A DNA stretch of 63,291 nt, counting the filler, from Pelomyxa schiedti (taxonomy: Eukaryota > Protista > Evosea), in assembly GCA_020536535.1 (NCBI GenBank). It is 6 parts of 6 records of this genome, joined end to end, with 100 filler letters (N's around TTAATTAATTAA, not from the genome) between each part and the next. Parts side by side here need not be neighbours in the genome. Positions count along the whole stretch, not along the records: positions 61,167 to 63,291 come from JAHLWZ010002121.1; 5 more parts are not named here. One strand, given 5' to 3'. Shown piece by piece: positions 61,147 through 63,291 of the stretch (its first letter is position 1; each line of letters begins with the position of its first letter). A program made the position numbers and the translations under genes. Under the pieces are notes generated by a model. The model was given only the letters and a program-made list of their open reading frames with translations. It did no database searches and was not told the DNA's origin.

Positions 61147-63256
61147 NNNNNNNNNNNNNNNNNNNNCTGTAGTATCTTTTGCGGAAGTCTCGTTGCTCCC
61201 TATTGACTGTAAGCAGGCGTAGATTAATTGAGTCGAACCTGGCCTAATAGAGGGTATAGAGCCAACAGATACATCCTTAGAAGTAGATTCACCATGCTGA
61301 ACAGGATCTGTATTGGAAGGGACATTTTTGGGGCCTGATGGGACAGGGTTTGGAAGTTCGGCAGGTGGTACTGTCTTGGGCACAATACTGCTTGGTTGGC
61401 CAAGAGGACGTTGCGGTGCACTCTCCAAAGGGGGAACAACTTGAGGTTGTTTAAGTACAAGGCTTGAGGATTCAGGTAGGATCCCTTTCTCTTTGGGAAG
61501 TACTTCGGACACTGGGGGAAAAGAAATAAGAGGAACGATAATGCTACTATTAAAACCTTTTGCTTCTGGTAGCGTTATATTCAGCAGATAAATTTCATCA
61601 AAGAGTTGGGGTGGAACTGAAAATCCCCCAAACAAAATCATGCAGTGTCCACTTCGCCCAATAGTCGCAGCAGCATGTTTGTGACGTGCTATGGGGTTCT
61701 CCCCCTCCGTAGAATTTTGATATCGTTCCCAGACCAATTTATCTTAATAGGTTAACTGGCACATTTTCGAAAAAAGATAGAATACTTAGGTTGAGTCTAA
61801 ATGGTCCATTGAAACAGAATTTCCCATCTAGACCACCATAGACCACCATGACATTATCACAAGGGACAGCAGTATGGTAAGCAATGCCAGTAATCGAGGA
61901 CGTAGGAGAAACATCGCTAGGGGGGTGGAGCACTTTATTACTTTTTGTTTCAGTGGTTGGTCTATCAGAGTTCATTGCGTGCGCTGATGGCAGAGGAGGA
62001 ATGTGCATTTGACTCCATTTCGTCTTTTCTAGACTACTGAGTTTGTAAGGGAGAAATGGTACCAACTTACCGATATCTAGTGCGTGCAGATCAGAAAAGT
62101 ATGTTCCACTGGAAGACCTTCCACCAAAAATATACAACAGCTTATTGGACAACACAGCTGAGTGGTGTGCTCGTGGCTGTGGTGCCATCCCTTCACATGT
62201 TTTACGCTCCCAAATACAAGTAGCTTTACTGTTGGGTTAATTATGACAGGAAAAATTCATGTTAAGACCTGTATGCAGTATCCATACGTCATTAACAAAA
62301 CCAGACTGCTGATAGCCACCGAACAGAAGAATCTTTCCGTCACCAATAGAGGTTGCTGTATGTGCATAACGAGGGCCAGGTGAATCAGAAGAACTGGAGG
62401 AGTTTTCAATGCAAGTCCAGGATAGCTCTCCTGGAAAAAGGGTTGAAATTGGCATTGTGTCATACAAATGCTGCACACTTGTGTTGAAACACCAACAGTC
62501 GCTAAGGCAATCTGCATTGTATCCGCCATACAAGTAGATGTTATCTCCAACTACTGTAGCACTATGTGAATACCTTCATATTTTAGTGCCTTTTTATAAA
62601 AGAAAGCACTGAACTACCTGGGTGAAGGCTGTCTGGGGCTGTTCTTTGGCAAAGACGAAGGTTCTGATGGGGAAACACAAGTCACTTTTGTCCATGCCAC
62701 TGTTTGAACCGTGATTTCCAGACAATGAACATCACTGTTGTATGTGTGACTTTAGGTTATTACCATTAAGTTGCTTTTTTTTTCTTTGTAGTGCACACCA
62801 CACCATGGGAGAACAACGTGGGTGTAAACGCCGCCTGGCGCACTTTCAAAAACATGTCCTCCAATTACATAAAGAGATTTCCCTAAAGGAGCCATTTGAG
62901 GAAATGCAAGAAAGTAAGGAAGAGGAAAAATACCTACAACACTCAAACTATGTCCCACCCTTCCACCAGGTCCCTCTGTATCTGCATTGTGAGCACACAA
63001 CTCTACAGAAAAAAAAAGAGGAATCAGTAAGTACATCCACATCCAAGAGTGCTTTCTTCTTTTCCCCAAAGTCATAGTATTCACACATACTGTGCCACTT
63101 TATCGTGACGTCACCAGAACCTCCTCCTTTTGCCTTTTCCAGTTGCTTTTCGGCGTTTTGCGGCCCCAAAACTCCACCTCCTCCCCCAGTCGCAGTCCCA
63201 CTCCCATAACCGCAGTTTCTCGGTGCCGCAGGGGCCGCCGCGCTTGTGCGAGGCAC
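61147..63256 (-). CDS. Kelch-repeat beta-propeller protein, 3'-truncated; multi-exon
   Basis: PGGRVGHSLS..LYVIGG, PGPRYAHTAT..ILLFGG, PQPRAHHSAV..LYIFGG, ARHKHAAAT..MILFGG. Confidence 0.9.
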
Positions 63257-63291
63257 TTTAGGTGGCCTGGGCTGTTGTGGTGTAGTCGCAG

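Noticed and set aside
1-63291. CRISPR arrays, rRNA genes, prokaryotic operons or alternative genetic code
   Set aside because: No repeat-spacer arrays or rRNA motifs seen; genes are spliced eukaryotic genes that translate cleanly in the standard code.
46170-63291. Functional cluster linking dCache, Kelch, formin and other genes across linkers
   Set aside because: Neighbours separated by linkers are not physically linked; within-contig order alone gives no evidence of shared function.

Overview
Eukaryotic, intron-rich (mostly ~40-70 nt GT-AG introns) protist DNA in the standard genetic code. An Entamoeba-TMK-type Ig+kinase module and the lineage-specific families suggest an amoebozoan, probably an Archamoeba such as Pelomyxa (inference). 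The window is a concatenation of six contigs/scaffolds joined by N-TTAATTAATTAA-N linkers (1-14833, 14934-33638, 33739-44899, 45000-46069, 46170-61066, 61147-63291), so adjacency across linkers means nothing. Housekeeping-type genes: GSK3-like kinase, BUD13, TVP23, formin FH2, acid ceramidase/NAAA, TLDc, Kelch and BTB proteins. A five-gene tRNA cluster contains an internally inverted, degenerate non-LTR retroelement lying between two divergent tRNAs. The most striking content is a set of innate-immunity-like or signalling architectures: (1) a beta-helix/TMK-type pseudokinase/RLK-Pelle-like tandem kinase followed 115 nt later by a plant-like LRR receptor-like protein with one LRR per exon; (2) two TRIM-like ligases (RING-Bbox-Bbox-NHL and RING-Bbox-Bbox-CC-Bbox-CC-SPRY); (3) an LRRK2-like Roco protein with a degenerate GTPase domain, a long kinase insertion and a C-terminal PH-like domain; (4) a ceramidase with a Cys/His module inserted just after its catalytic Cys. 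Several apparent gene duplicates are allelic assembly-graph bubbles with exact 121-nt overlaps. All gene models are manual, from sequence motifs only.
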